Assembly (NCBI RefSeq): GCF_001194135.2
Contig: NC_068989.1
Location: 69,896,250-69,960,249 of the forward strand
Direction of reading: 5' to 3'
DNA: 64,000 nucleotides
Source: Octopus bimaculoides
Taxonomy: Eukaryota
The notes beneath the pieces were generated by a model. It worked only from the letters and a program-made list of their open reading frames with translations. It was not told where the DNA came from and searched no databases. Shown piece after piece: positions 38,701 to 50,576 of this stretch (position 1 is the first letter of the stretch; every line of letters starts with the position of its first letter). The translations under genes and the position numbers were made by a program.

Positions 38701-39584
38701 TATATGCATGTATATATGTGTGTATAGATATTGTGTTTATGTATATGTGTTTATATGTAGGTGTGTGCGTGTGTGTGTGTATGCACACACACACACACAC
38801 TATAAGTGAAAGTGCAGTTAAATAGTTAAGAAGCTTGCTTCCCAATCATGTGGCTTTTGGGTTCAGTTCCACTACCTGGCATCTTGAGCAAGTATCTTCT
38901 ACAATAACCCTAGGCTAATTAAACTTTCATGAGTGGGTTTGGTGGATGGAAACTGAAGGAAGACCATGTGTATATCTGTTTGTACATTTGTTTGCATTTA
39001 GCTTGCTTCTGTAAAAATTGCAGTATACCTTCAGTGTTGTCACTTTTTTGTCAAATTATTCCCTTACTTTGTATCTTTGAAGACCAGTGAAATAAGATAT
39101 CACTTATGTAGAAGACAGGAAGGGTATCCTACTGTAAAAACAATGTCTCAATAATATAGTCAGCTAACTCATGCAGCCATGGAAAAACAGATGTATAACA
39201 TACAAAAAAAAATTCAAAAATCTCTGTATGCCTTGTACAACCATGGATCCATAGAGGAATTTTCTTCATGGTACAGGTTTGGGCAAGGTTTTTTTTTTCT
39301 TTTTTATGCAGGACCAGAAGTTTCCCATGTAGTAAATCTCTCTTCTGTACACCACTGATAATGTCCAAGGGGTAGGCAAAGGCTGTTACGTTTTGGTGCC
39401 AGTGCTTTTGAAGACATTACTCTTAGACTGGAATGATCTAGAGAATATTTTCCAAGATGTCTCACTTGATGCTATAGCTATTCTGCCAATCTACCAGATC
39501 GAGTGTGTATGGAAGGTTTATTGGCAGATAACCCTTCCAAAAAGTACAATTGTATGTTTGTGCACGTGTGTGTGTGTATGTGTG

Positions 39585-39640
<56 letters not shown>

Positions 39641-40654
39641 TATATATACACACACACATCATCACTCTGTATAAAGCCACCTCCCTCAATACTAGACCCT
39701 TTGCATTTGACAAGTCTTGTGATGCATGTTACATGGTGACCTCACTAGTGCCAGCACCATGTACAAAGCACCCAGTGCTCTCTCTCAAACGGTTGGCATT
39801 AGGAAGGCATTGGAATGTAAAAACCATGCCATGGCACACACTGAAGTTTGACTTAGTCATGGCCCATTGGTTCCTCTCAACTGATTATGACAATTTCGAT
39901 CCGGCATTGAAAAATATTTATTGATTCTTCCAAGGGCTGTAAAAATTATATGTTGAAGCTCTCCTACTAATGAAGTACAAGGATCATTTTAACTAGTTAA
40001 TGACTTAATCTCAAAAATACTTTAACAACATAGAATCGTGCTTTCTCGGTGGCGAGAGTGTAACACTCTGAAAAGGGTGTGAATGCAGGTATTTATATGA
40101 ATCTACATGTGCATATTAGTGAGTATTAATCTTGAGAGCTTGCTTTGGCAACCCATCACTACCATCTCTCTTTTTTGTCTTCCCAATTACTACTACTCAT
40201 CCTTATAATGTTGGGTAGACATATATCTCCTCTTATAGCAAGATACCTGTGTTTGTTCTTTTATCATAGTCTAGCATCTTAGCTCCTGGCATAAAGCCAC
40301 CTACCCCTTGTTAATGCCCCCCTCCTCATCAAACAGACACTTAGCCACAAAGTTTTTTATCTTTTTCTCCTCACTGGTGCTTGTGGCACAAGAAACAAAA
40401 ACATACCCATTACACACTGTAAGATATTTGGCATTAGGAAGGGCATTAAACTGTAAAAAAATATGCCAAAGCTGACCCTGGATGTTGGCACTGCCCTGCA
40501 GCTTGCTGGATACTGTCGAAGCATCAACCCATGCCAATATGGAGAACAGATGTTAAATGATGAGGATATATGTGAGTATAGGTGTGTGTATAAGTGAGTA
40601 TACATATGATTTGTATTCTTTCAAGCCTTTTCTTTTTTTCACTTTACTCAACAG

Positions 40655-40789
40655 GAAGGATCCCTGGAGCAAGCTATGATGGATGCACTGATCAATGATC
40701 GAGTTGATTTTGTTAAACTCCTCCTGGAGAATGGCGTTAGCATGAGAACATTTCTCACTATTCCACGACTTGAAGAACTCTATAATACA
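40655..40789 (+). CDS. TRPM3: TRPM coding exon E (MHR3)
   Basis: [45 protein letters not shown]. Acceptor ...ctttactcaacag|, donor ACA|gtaagg; 135 nt, phase 0/0. Confidence 0.97.
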
Positions 40790-41515
40790 GTAAGGCACTA
40801 TTCTGTTATTTGCTTTTTGCATTTACCTCATTTAGCTCATTTCAGTTTCTATTTACCAAATTCATTCACAAGGCTTTGGCTAACCTGGCATATAGTTGAA
40901 GACACTTGCCCAATGTGCCATGCAGTGATATTGAACTAAAAACCATGTTAGCAAACTTCTTAACCACAGAGCTAAGCTTGCACTTTACACTATAGCCCAA
41001 TATAGTGGTTGGCCTTAGGAAGGGCATCCAGCTGTTGAAACTCTGCCAGATCAGATTGGAGCCTGGTGCAGCCATCTGGTTTGCTAGTCCTCAGTCAAAT
41101 TATCCAACCCATGCTAGCATGGAAAGCTGACATTAAACAATGATGATGATGATGATTCTCTTCATATTACAACTAAATACAGAATGCAATCTCTTATTTT
41201 GATTGCTCTGATGCTTGTTAAGAGACAAACTTCTTTTGGAGGTGAAACAGAAGTACTACCGGTGCTTAGAAATAGTATTTAGTGATAAAGCAAAGCATGC
41301 TACCATAATTACTTCCAGTTGGTTCACCTGTATTATCTCACTTTGCAGCAGCTCGTGAAATAATCAATACCATTTCATTTACTATTATCATTCATTAATT
41401 CATGTTTCATGTTCATTTTCTCTTGTCTTGTGAAGATCTGCCATCATTATATTCTCAACACAATACAATTATTATTGTTATTAATATTAATAACATCATC
41501 ATCATTATTATTGTT

Positions 41516-42335
41516 ATTAGGCAGTGAATTTGAAAAACTGTTAGCATGTGGGGCAAAATGCTGAGCTGTATTTCATTCATCTTTATGTTCTGAATTCAAA
41601 TTCTGTCAAGGTTGACTTTGCCTTTCATCCTTTCAGGGTTGACAAAGATAAGTACCAGTTGAGCACTGGGAGCCAATGTAATTAACTAACCTCCTCCCCA
41701 CCAAATTTCAGACCTTGTGCCTATAGTAGATAGGATTGTTATTATTATTATTATTGCTATTAATATTATTAAGGCAGTGAGCTGGAGAAAACATTAACGC
41801 ATCAGAGGAAAATGTTTTGCTTGATTTCTTCTGTCATGGTTAACTTTGCCTTTTATCCTTTTGGAGTCAATAAAATAAGTAGCAGTCAAGTATTGATGTT
41901 GATGGTATCAGTTGACCACCACATCACCTTCAAAATTGCTGGCTTTGTGCCAAAGTTTGAAACTGAAGCTGCAAACTGGCAGGATACTTATGTTCTGAGC
42001 CCAAATCCCACCACAATCAACTTTGCCTTCCTATTTTGAGATCAATAAAATAAACTACCAGTCAAGTACTGGGAGGAGGGGGGTTTAACATAATCCACTT
42101 TCCCCCTCCCCTCAAAATTGCTGGTCTTGTACCAAAATTAGAAAAATATATTATTATTATTTATCATTATTATGGCAGCAAGCTGACAGAATCATTACTA
42201 CACCAGACAAAATGCTTTGCAGCTTTTCTTCTGGCTTTATGTTCTGATTTCAAGTGTCACAAAGGCTAACTGCGGTCAGTGTTACCCACTGACCTCTTCC
42301 CTAAAATTGCTGACCCTGTGTCAAAATTTGAATCA

Positions 42336-42373
<38 letters not shown>

Positions 42374-42583
42374 GGCAGCAAGCTGGCAGAATTGTTAGCA
42401 TGCTGGACAAAATGCTTATGTCCATCCTTACGTTCTGAGCTCAAATTCTGCCAAGATCGACTATGCCTTTCATCCTTTCAGGGTCTATGAATTAAGTACC
42501 AGTCAAACACTGGGGTTGGTGTAATTGTCTACTCCCCTCGCCTCAAATCTCAGGCCTTGTGCCTTTAGTAGAAAGGATTATTA

Positions 42584-42623
<40 letters not shown>

Positions 42624-42653
42624 GATGGCGAGCTGGCAGAATCNNNNNNNNNN

Positions 42654-42691
<38 letters not shown>

Positions 42692-43150
42692 GATGGCGAG
42701 CTGGCAGAATCGTTAGCACGCCGAGCAAAATGCTTAGCAGCATTTCTTTCGTCTTTACATTCTGAGTTCAAATTCCACTGTGGTTGACTTGACCTTTCAT
42801 CCTTTCAGGGTAGATAAATTAATTACCAGCTGAGCACTGGGGTCGATGTAACCAACTATCCTCCTCCCCTAAAATTTCAGGTTTTGTGCTTATAGTTGAA
42901 AGGATTATTATTTTTATTGTTATCATTGTTGTTATCAAGTCAGTAAGCTTTTAGAATCCTTAGTGCATCAGTCAAATGCTTACAGCATTTCGTCCATCCT
43001 TCCATTCTAAGTTTAACCTCTGCTTTTCATCCTTTCGGGGCCAATAAAATAAGTATCAGCTGAATACTGGAGTCAATGTAATCAACTGTCCCCTCTCCCC
43101 CCAAATTTTAGGCCTATAGTAGAAAGGATTACTATTACTATTATCATCAT
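41516..43150 (+). mobile_element. Head-to-tail array of about 7 tRNA-derived SINEs (family A) separated by (ATT)n
   Basis: Repeated GGC.AGCTGGCAGAATCGTTAGC (A-box-like) ... GAGTTCAAATTC (B-box-like) ... AAGTACCAG...GGATTATTATT units. Confidence 0.9.
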
Positions 43151-43819
43151 CGTCATCATCATCATATACCTGAATAGCTAAGCAATTTATTACATTCATG
43201 TTTATAAACTATTACATATTTTATTTGACATATTTTGGCTAACAATGGCTGAACAGCTGCTTATTCTGTGAGCATGTTGTAGAAATATTCTGAATAAGCA
43301 GAAATATTTGAATTATTTAGATTGAATAGACATGGCACTACACCTACACTGGTCTGTTGTCTTTGAATTGCAATATTACTTCCTCATTTGTAAGGTGGTA
43401 AGCTAGCAGAATTGTTAGCACACCAGGCAAAATGCCACTGGGGTTCAAATGCTGCCAGGGTCAACTTCACTTTTAATCCTTTTGGAGTTGACATTGCTTG
43501 AAATTGCTGTCCTTGTGCCAAAATTTCAAACCAATATTCCTTCATCTTTTCAATCCGTTTTCCATAGTGACATAGATTGAATAGGTTATTGCAACCTGAG
43601 GTGATTCTTATTTGAAATTGCTGCTCTCCTAAATGACTTGGAGAGCCTTATAGCTGGATGCCCTTCCTTACACCCACCACTTTGCAGAATGTATTGAATG
43701 CATTGTGGTACCATGAATAGAGAGACTGTCTTGTCCTCAACAAGACTGAAACATCTTCTCCATTGTACATTTTAAGTTCAATTTCTGATACTGTCTCTGA
43801 ATGATATCCAACCTCTGTA

Positions 43820-44078
43820 CAATATATTGGACTATGCTCATCTTCTAGGCTGTAGTTTCCAGCTCGGAATTTCTGAAACCACAGTTAGACTGGCTTACGC
43901 TTATTGTCCAATCCCCATATACTGCTTTAATATTCCTCGCATTTTCCATTGTGTTGTTGCCTTTATTGAACTCATAAAGCAAAATATGCCGAATATGCTC
44001 CTTTGTCACTTCCATTATAGCCTTGTAAAAATAATTGTTAAAATCAAACTGCACTCTTGAAAACTTGCACGAAGAATA
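43820..44078 (-). mobile_element. Mariner 5' fragment (same family as 16525-16769)
   Basis: ORF MEVTKEHIRHILLYEFNKGNNTMENARNIKAVYGDWTISVSQ matches a mariner N-terminal HTH. Confidence 0.8.
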
Positions 44079-44285
44079 AGTTCAAGGTAAAATTACTCCC
44101 TGCTTTTATAGTAAGTTGATACAGGTAGTTTATCCCATCCCCCTCCGACTTTTAGTTCATGCAATTGAAAAAATCGCATTACTTATGGGATGACGCAGTA
44201 TTTGACAATGCATCATGTAAACTATACTAGTGTGTGTGTGTTTAGTTACTGTTTTATAATATATACATTTTCTTAATGTTTTCAG

Positions 44286-44336
44286 CGACATGGACCAACA
44301 AACACTCTCCGGTACCTTATACGTGATGTTAAAAAG
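44286..44336 (+). CDS. TRPM3: TRPM coding exon F
   Basis: RHGPTNTLRYLIRDVKK resembles TRPM3 'RHGPSNTLYHLVRDVKK'. Acceptor gttttcag|, donor AAG|gtaaga; 51 nt, phase 0/0. Confidence 0.95.
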
Positions 44337-44659
44337 GTAAGAATTGCAAGACAAACACTGTTGCCAACTTTTCCTGAAGTGCCATGTATGTTGAGAACTT
44401 GATATGTTATTTCTAAAGATTAACCCTGGCTTATAAAGCATTATAATACTTTATTATTTTATTAATGCAAGTTTACAAGTATTAAGCTGGAATATTCAAT
44501 AACACTTGATCTCCTTTTTGCCATCTTTGTGCTCAAAAATATTCAAATCTTTCTCTTATTCAACTATTCTCTTGATGTAGCCCTCAACTTGTTATTTCAG
44601 TTAAGTATATTTCTGTATAGTTGGAATTTACAAAAAAAAAAAAAAAAGAAAAAAAGATG

Positions 44660-44805
44660 AAGACAGGTGTGTAAACAACAAACAGATGTATTAGTTTAAC
44701 GCTTGGGAAGTGAGAAAGTCTTTTACATTTTGAGCCTACGCTCTTCAGCAGAAAGGAACATAGAAATAAGCAGAGCAAGAAAATAAAAAAGGTTTAGTGG
44801 CTCAT
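44660..44805 (-). mobile_element. Penelope-type terminal fragment with a mutated hammerhead
   Basis: The minus strand reads CUUU-CUGCUGA-A-GAGC(guag)GCUC-AAAAU-GUA-AAAG: stems intact, core bases substituted. Confidence 0.55.
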
Positions 44806-45361
44806 GATCAATCTGTATACTTAGCCACCTGCAAGAAAACAATAGCAAGCTCAGAAGTTGAATTTCTCTACAAATTCTGATAGACTTGTGTAGAATGGAA
44901 TATCCTACCCAGGTGCTAATAAATGAAAATGGGATAAACTCTGGAATCTTAAGAAATTGGTCATTGTTTATTTCAGCAAGAATTAGACCATAGAAGAGTA
45001 CACTTTATTAGTTTACAACCAAAGTAGCAACACACTTTCTGTTAGCTTCTCCACTTATCATGGATACTAAACTTATGAAAGTTTTCTTCAAATCTGTGAA
45101 TTCAGAAATAAAAAATAAACAAAAGCCATATTGGGCAGACCCATTCTACTCTTTCATCATCCACATATGGTTCCAAATATATCTAATTGTTGTGTGATAG
45201 GTATTTCTCTCTTTGCTGTTTATAGTAATGTTTTAAGCCTAACAACTTTAGAATATTGTCTTTTGTTTTTCAACCTTGTGTATTATTTTAAATATGAAAC
45301 TTTAATTTCATCTTGGCATGACTAATAGTGGACTATAATTCCATTACAGTTAATTATGACT

Positions 45362-45394
<33 letters not shown>

Positions 45395-47228
45395 GCGCGC
45401 ATGCACATGCAATTGAACTTTCAATGGTCGTAAGAGAATTCAGTAGCAGCAATTCACTAACAACAATTACCAACTAACAATATACTGATTAAAAAATTCT
45501 TCTCCAAACAGTTGACCAATTAACATATTTGGTGATGTCAAAATTATTAATTAACATCATGATGATCAATAAAGGCTTAAAAATTAATAAAAAGTAGATA
45601 CTTATTGCTCACAAAATTTTGTTTTAATTTAAAAATATAAAAACATTGCCAAAACTTTGAAAGGATTTCTAAACTGAGATGTTAGAGTTAAGCCTCTTCA
45701 ATACAGACTTGTTAACTTCATAGTTGACAACAAGCCTCTTTGTTTTTTTTTTGTTGTTTTTTTTCAGTCACAGTATTTTCATCATTTTCAAATGAGACTC
45801 TTAACATATGGTATACTCTTCAATCTTGGTATTATTTAAAGTTTGTTCACATTTAATGTATTCTGTGAACTTCCAAATGTTTATTTAGGTGGTAGATCAT
45901 AAGCTGCTCTTTAAAAAGAAAACCCTTATTCATGGTTTAAGGTATATCTTGCAAGACTGCTTTTTAAGAGACCCTTTTTTTTTATCTGATGTTTCTTGTT
46001 CTTTTCATGCAATCCTTGCTTGTAAATTTCTCAATTCCTACTTGACTGCCTACAGCAATGGCATCAGACAACAATTACATGAAGAGACTTAGTTATTTGC
46101 ACTCACAGAATTTTAATGCTTTGACACTTACTGTATCGGCAGTGTGGTTGTGCTCACTTGACTGACACAGTAAAGTGTTATTAACCATGCTCACTCATGC
46201 ATGACAGTTTATTTGTTATTTCTCACTTTCCAAATTTACAGTATCTTTGGATTGTGTTTCTTTAAAAAAAATAATTAATAAATAAAATAAAATAAAATAA
46301 AATGGCTGCTAACATATGTTTTTTTTTCATTATCTTTTGCTTCCTATAATCCTATTTCTAATGAAATATACTGCCTATATGTTTGGTGTTTAGAACTTAA
46401 AATGTATATAGTATTGATGTACAAACATAAAAAATATATTCATGGTAATTGAATACCCAACTGGTGACACATTTTGGAGAGCAACATATTTAGGATAAAA
46501 ATGAGTAAAGTGTAAATTTTGAATAAGGTTCATAATTTAATTATGCTCATTGGCCATTTCATTTGCATAAAAAACATTTATGTAATTACATAATTAAAAT
46601 GCATAATTAATTCATTTAAAATATTAGTGATAATATGGGTAATACATCACTTTTAACTAAATTAATTATGTATTTTAATTACGTTTTATGCAATTGAAAC
46701 AATTGCTGAGCACAAATTACATACTTTATGTGAAATATATGCTTTTCTATATTTTATTCTAAATATGTTAAACTTAGATAATAGGAAGATTCTTGCATAA
46801 AATTATATTAAGAGGTTTTAATCTAATTATGAACACTTTGAACTGGGAGGTTTTCTGTATCATAGAACCAGTGGTGGTCTCAGATAGGTTTGGCATCAAA
46901 AGAATTAAGGACTTATAAAAAAAATCAAATGTTCAAATGACTGTAGAAATTTAAGCTTTTAAGATTACTTTTTGCATAAAGCCCTAATTATCTTTGATGA
47001 ATATGTTGATTGGTTAAGTGCTTGTTATGTGAATTTGCTAATCAGGGAATTGCTTTGAAATTTTCTGCATGCAGTTCTCAAAGTCATTGCCAGTAATGCT
47101 TGTTGAATCTGCTGTTTAATGCTTTATGGAGAGCCATAAATGTCTCGATATCTAACACCTTATACAATTTAGGTTCCTACCTATCAAATACATCCTTAGA
47201 ATAATTATACCATTTGGAGAGTACTCAA

Positions 47229-47436
47229 CCCTTTAGAATTCAGATTATTCTGTCAAATGTAATGCACATTCCTTCACATTGATTTGAATTAATCATGCAT
47301 TGCGATTCCAATAATGTGATTGTTTATGCTTTGAATGACATTGTTTGGTAGGTGTGAGATGCCAGTTCTGGCTAGCTTGTATATAAAACAGGTAAAAGAT
47401 TTGGGGCTGGATATGGCTAGTTTAAATACTAAAGGG
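47229..47436. mobile_element. piggyBac-like MITE family D copy
   Basis: CCCTTTAG...CTAAAGGG|TTAA; reverse orientation relative to 60565-60774. Confidence 0.75.
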
Positions 47437-48527
47437 TTAATTGGCAGAATTGTTTGAGTATTGGACAAAATGCTTTACTATATTTAGTTATGGCCCTTGC
47501 TAAGGTGAACTTTTCCTTTTATTTATTTATCCAAGGTAATATACCCTCCTTCAAAAAATTTGCATACATACATATGCATGTATGTGTGTATATATATTAT
47601 TCCACACATTAACACCACCATGCGACACAAGACATTAACATGTCATTGTTGTCACCTAAGTTGTGTCAGTATGTCTCTGCATGACATCATTCAGGCAATA
47701 ATGTTGTCATGTTTACTGGTCCCACAAAAAATTAGTGATTTTTTTGCTTCTGTTAGATATATCAATAATTATACAGTATAATTGTGGCAGATACTGGTAC
47801 CATGCAACTGACACCTGTGCCAGTGGCATGTAAAGGCACCCATTACACTCTCAGGATGGTTGGGATTAGGAAGGGTATCCAGCTGTAGAAACCATGCCAA
47901 ATCAGCATGGACAACATGCATTAAATGATGATGATGAGAAAGGCAGTGAGTTGGCAGAAGTGTTAACACACTAGGCAAAATACTTAGTGGTATTTTATCC
48001 ATCTTTACATTTTGAGTTCAAATTCCACCAAGGTCAACTTTGCCTTTCATCCTTTTGGGGGTTGATGTAATCAACTTACTTCTCCCCCTCCCCTCTGAAA
48101 TTCCTGGTCTTGTGCCAAAATTTGAAACCGATAATTACACAATATAAAGGTCAGCAAGCATCAAACCAAAATATGCAGATCCCCTTTAACCCTTTTACTA
48201 TGGAAATCAAATATATCCACTCAAAATTTCATCGCTCTTAACTGTGGAAAGCAGTTTTATGTATCAATCTTTCGGAATGTGTTTGAAACAACTTTTTAAC
48301 TGAGGCAATGTGACTTGCAAAAAAATACCAACTTTATTTTTTGGTAGATATATAACTTCATTTCTAAAATAATAGCAAAATTTAATTTCATGTTTCTGTT
48401 TCATTTACACTTTTAATATTCTTAAGGAAGCCAGATGGTCACAAGCTTTTATGGTTTTTTTTACATACTGTAACAATGTTATAAATTGTAGTTTGTAACT
48501 ATTAATGTTTTCTTTCTATCATTTTAG

Positions 48528-48659
48528 AATGTTGCTTCAAGTTATCGCTGTACTCTACCAGACATTGGTTTAGTGCTCCAGCATCTTATGGGTGGCGGTT
48601 TTGTTTCATCATACCTAAAAAAGAGCTTCCGTCAAAAGTATAACGCTCTTAAGAAAAAT
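48528..48659 (+). CDS. TRPM3: TRPM coding exon G (3' boundary either the GC donor at 48660 or the GT donor at 48664)
   Basis: NVASSYRCTLPDIGLVLQHLMGGGFVSSYLKKSFRQKYNALKKN resembles '[38 protein letters not shown]'. Acceptor tctttctatcattttag| (phase 0). The 3' end is uncertain. Confidence 0.9.
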
Positions 48660-48762
48660 GCAAGTATCTTTCATTTTCTGCAGTTATTTTCTAACATAAC
48701 AAATGTCACAATTAAACAGTCATCAAATAGCCATTTAAGCAAAATGTTATCACTGTGTATAT

Positions 48763-48793
<31 letters not shown>

Positions 48794-48794
<1 letters not shown>

Positions 48795-49009
48795 TTTAGG
48801 AAGTTAAATGTTATGGCTGTTCATAGGGTGACCATTGACTTTGCACCTATAAAGCACTTAGCATTATAGGTGACTTATCAGACTCAGATGTTCAAAGGGT
48901 TACACCTTTGCCCATTTGAGTCTGATAAGTCACCTACACTGCTAAGCGCTTTATAGGTGCAAACCCAATGGTCACTCTATGACCAGCCATAACATTTAAC
49001 TTTCTAAAA
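48794..49009. repeat. About 215-bp palindrome (fold-back), arms of about 95 bp
   Basis: ttaggaagttaaatgttatggctg...gacttatcagactcagatg is the reverse complement of atttgagtctgataagtc...cagccataacatttaactttctaa, with a few mismatches. Confidence 0.92.
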
Positions 49010-49042
49010 AAAATTACTTCTCTAATACTTTAGAGTGTGCTT

Positions 49043-49075
<33 letters not shown>

Positions 49076-50138
49076 NNNNNNNNNNATATATATATATATA
49101 TATATATATATACTTACATACACACACATGCAATGAACTTGTTTTATAAGAATGTATTTCTCTAATTCATACAGTATTAGTCTTATTTCTGAAAAGTCTA
49201 TTTATAACTTCATTAATGCAGCTAACCATGACAATTATAAAGGGGTTGCTGATCGAGGAATTTTATCTCTGACTTATTATCATCTTGAGAATATAATACA
49301 GTTCAGTGAAGGCTGTTTATTTTTGGCATAATGTGAAATACATAGCTATTAATTTTTCTTATCATTATTCTCATCTTATTTTCATCTTGGTCTTATATTC
49401 TTTTTGGTTTCTCTTAGAAACATTATCAAAAGCAGTAAAGAGGAAACAAATGCTTGATGATGACTACAATGAGGACAACAGTTCTCATCTTTGTCTTCCA
49501 CAATCTCGAAGATGGCAATTATTAGAAACTGTGGATCACATTGTCAACTTGCAAAAAAATGCAGTCTTGTATTCTGCAAGAATCCTAAGAAAGATTCTTA
49601 AGATTTGAGGAAGCTTGTTGTCACCAAACCTCAAGCTAGCATCCCTACTAACTAATATATCGTGTGATAATTTTACTGATAATTATAATTGAATAGTTTG
49701 AAAATTCTATTAAATGCTGATGTGACTATTGTCACTTTAATATTTGCTTTATTTTTGTTATATTTGTCCTTTTCTTATCTTTGATGGTTAATAATTTAAT
49801 ATTTCATGTACATCTGATGATTAACAACCTGGACCTAATGATACTGTTGAATGACTCAATTCTCTATGCTACTGGCTCAATAACTTTATATTTTGTATTT
49901 CTGGAATGTTACTTCGTACATTAAAAAGAAAATTATTTTTATATTTAGCATTGGAATCTAAAAAATAGAAAAAGGAAGATCATTTATTAAGGTCAAACAG
50001 GAAGAGAAAATGTTAGTCTACAACAATATTACTTGTAACTTTCACGATCATGGTGAATTTAAAATATAATGGTATTAGAACCATGATGTTGATGGTTTAG
50101 GTAGAAAAACAGAGACTTGTTGGTACCATTTATAGATT

Positions 50139-50172
<34 letters not shown>

Positions 50173-50481
50173 TTTGCATCTATATTTAGTTAGACTGGAT
50201 TGTTGATGGTTAAAAGTTTTTTTTTTGGGGGGGGGTCAAAGGCACTGTATAGCATTGTTGTTTATATAACTTTTGAATTTGTTTTTGGATTATTTATGGC
50301 TCAATGAGTAAGGGTATTGAAAGCTAGGTGTCTCGGTCATGGACACAACATGCCAGAACTTCAGTTCATTGTCTGATAACCTATCAACTCTTAAATATCA
50401 TAATTTTGTCCTGTCTATTAATATACATGTCATACAAAGTAGTCTGCTGCTATAAGACAAGCAGTTTGCTGCTGTAGAACA

Positions 50482-50576
50482 AAGTAGTTTACTGCTATCA
50501 TACAGCTTACTGCTCTAATATAAAGTAGTTTACTGCTATCATACAGCTTACTGCTCTAATATAAAGCAGTTTACTG
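50482..50576. repeat. 41-bp perfect tandem duplication
   Basis: aagtagtttactgctatcatacagcttactgctctaatata x2 plus a partial third copy. Confidence 0.85.

Noticed and set aside
42560-42720. Apparent duplicated SINE head around a 10-N gap (a similar (AT)n/N join is at 49076)
   Set aside because: Identical sequence on both sides of a placeholder gap is a typical unmerged contig overlap; not counted as a separate copy.
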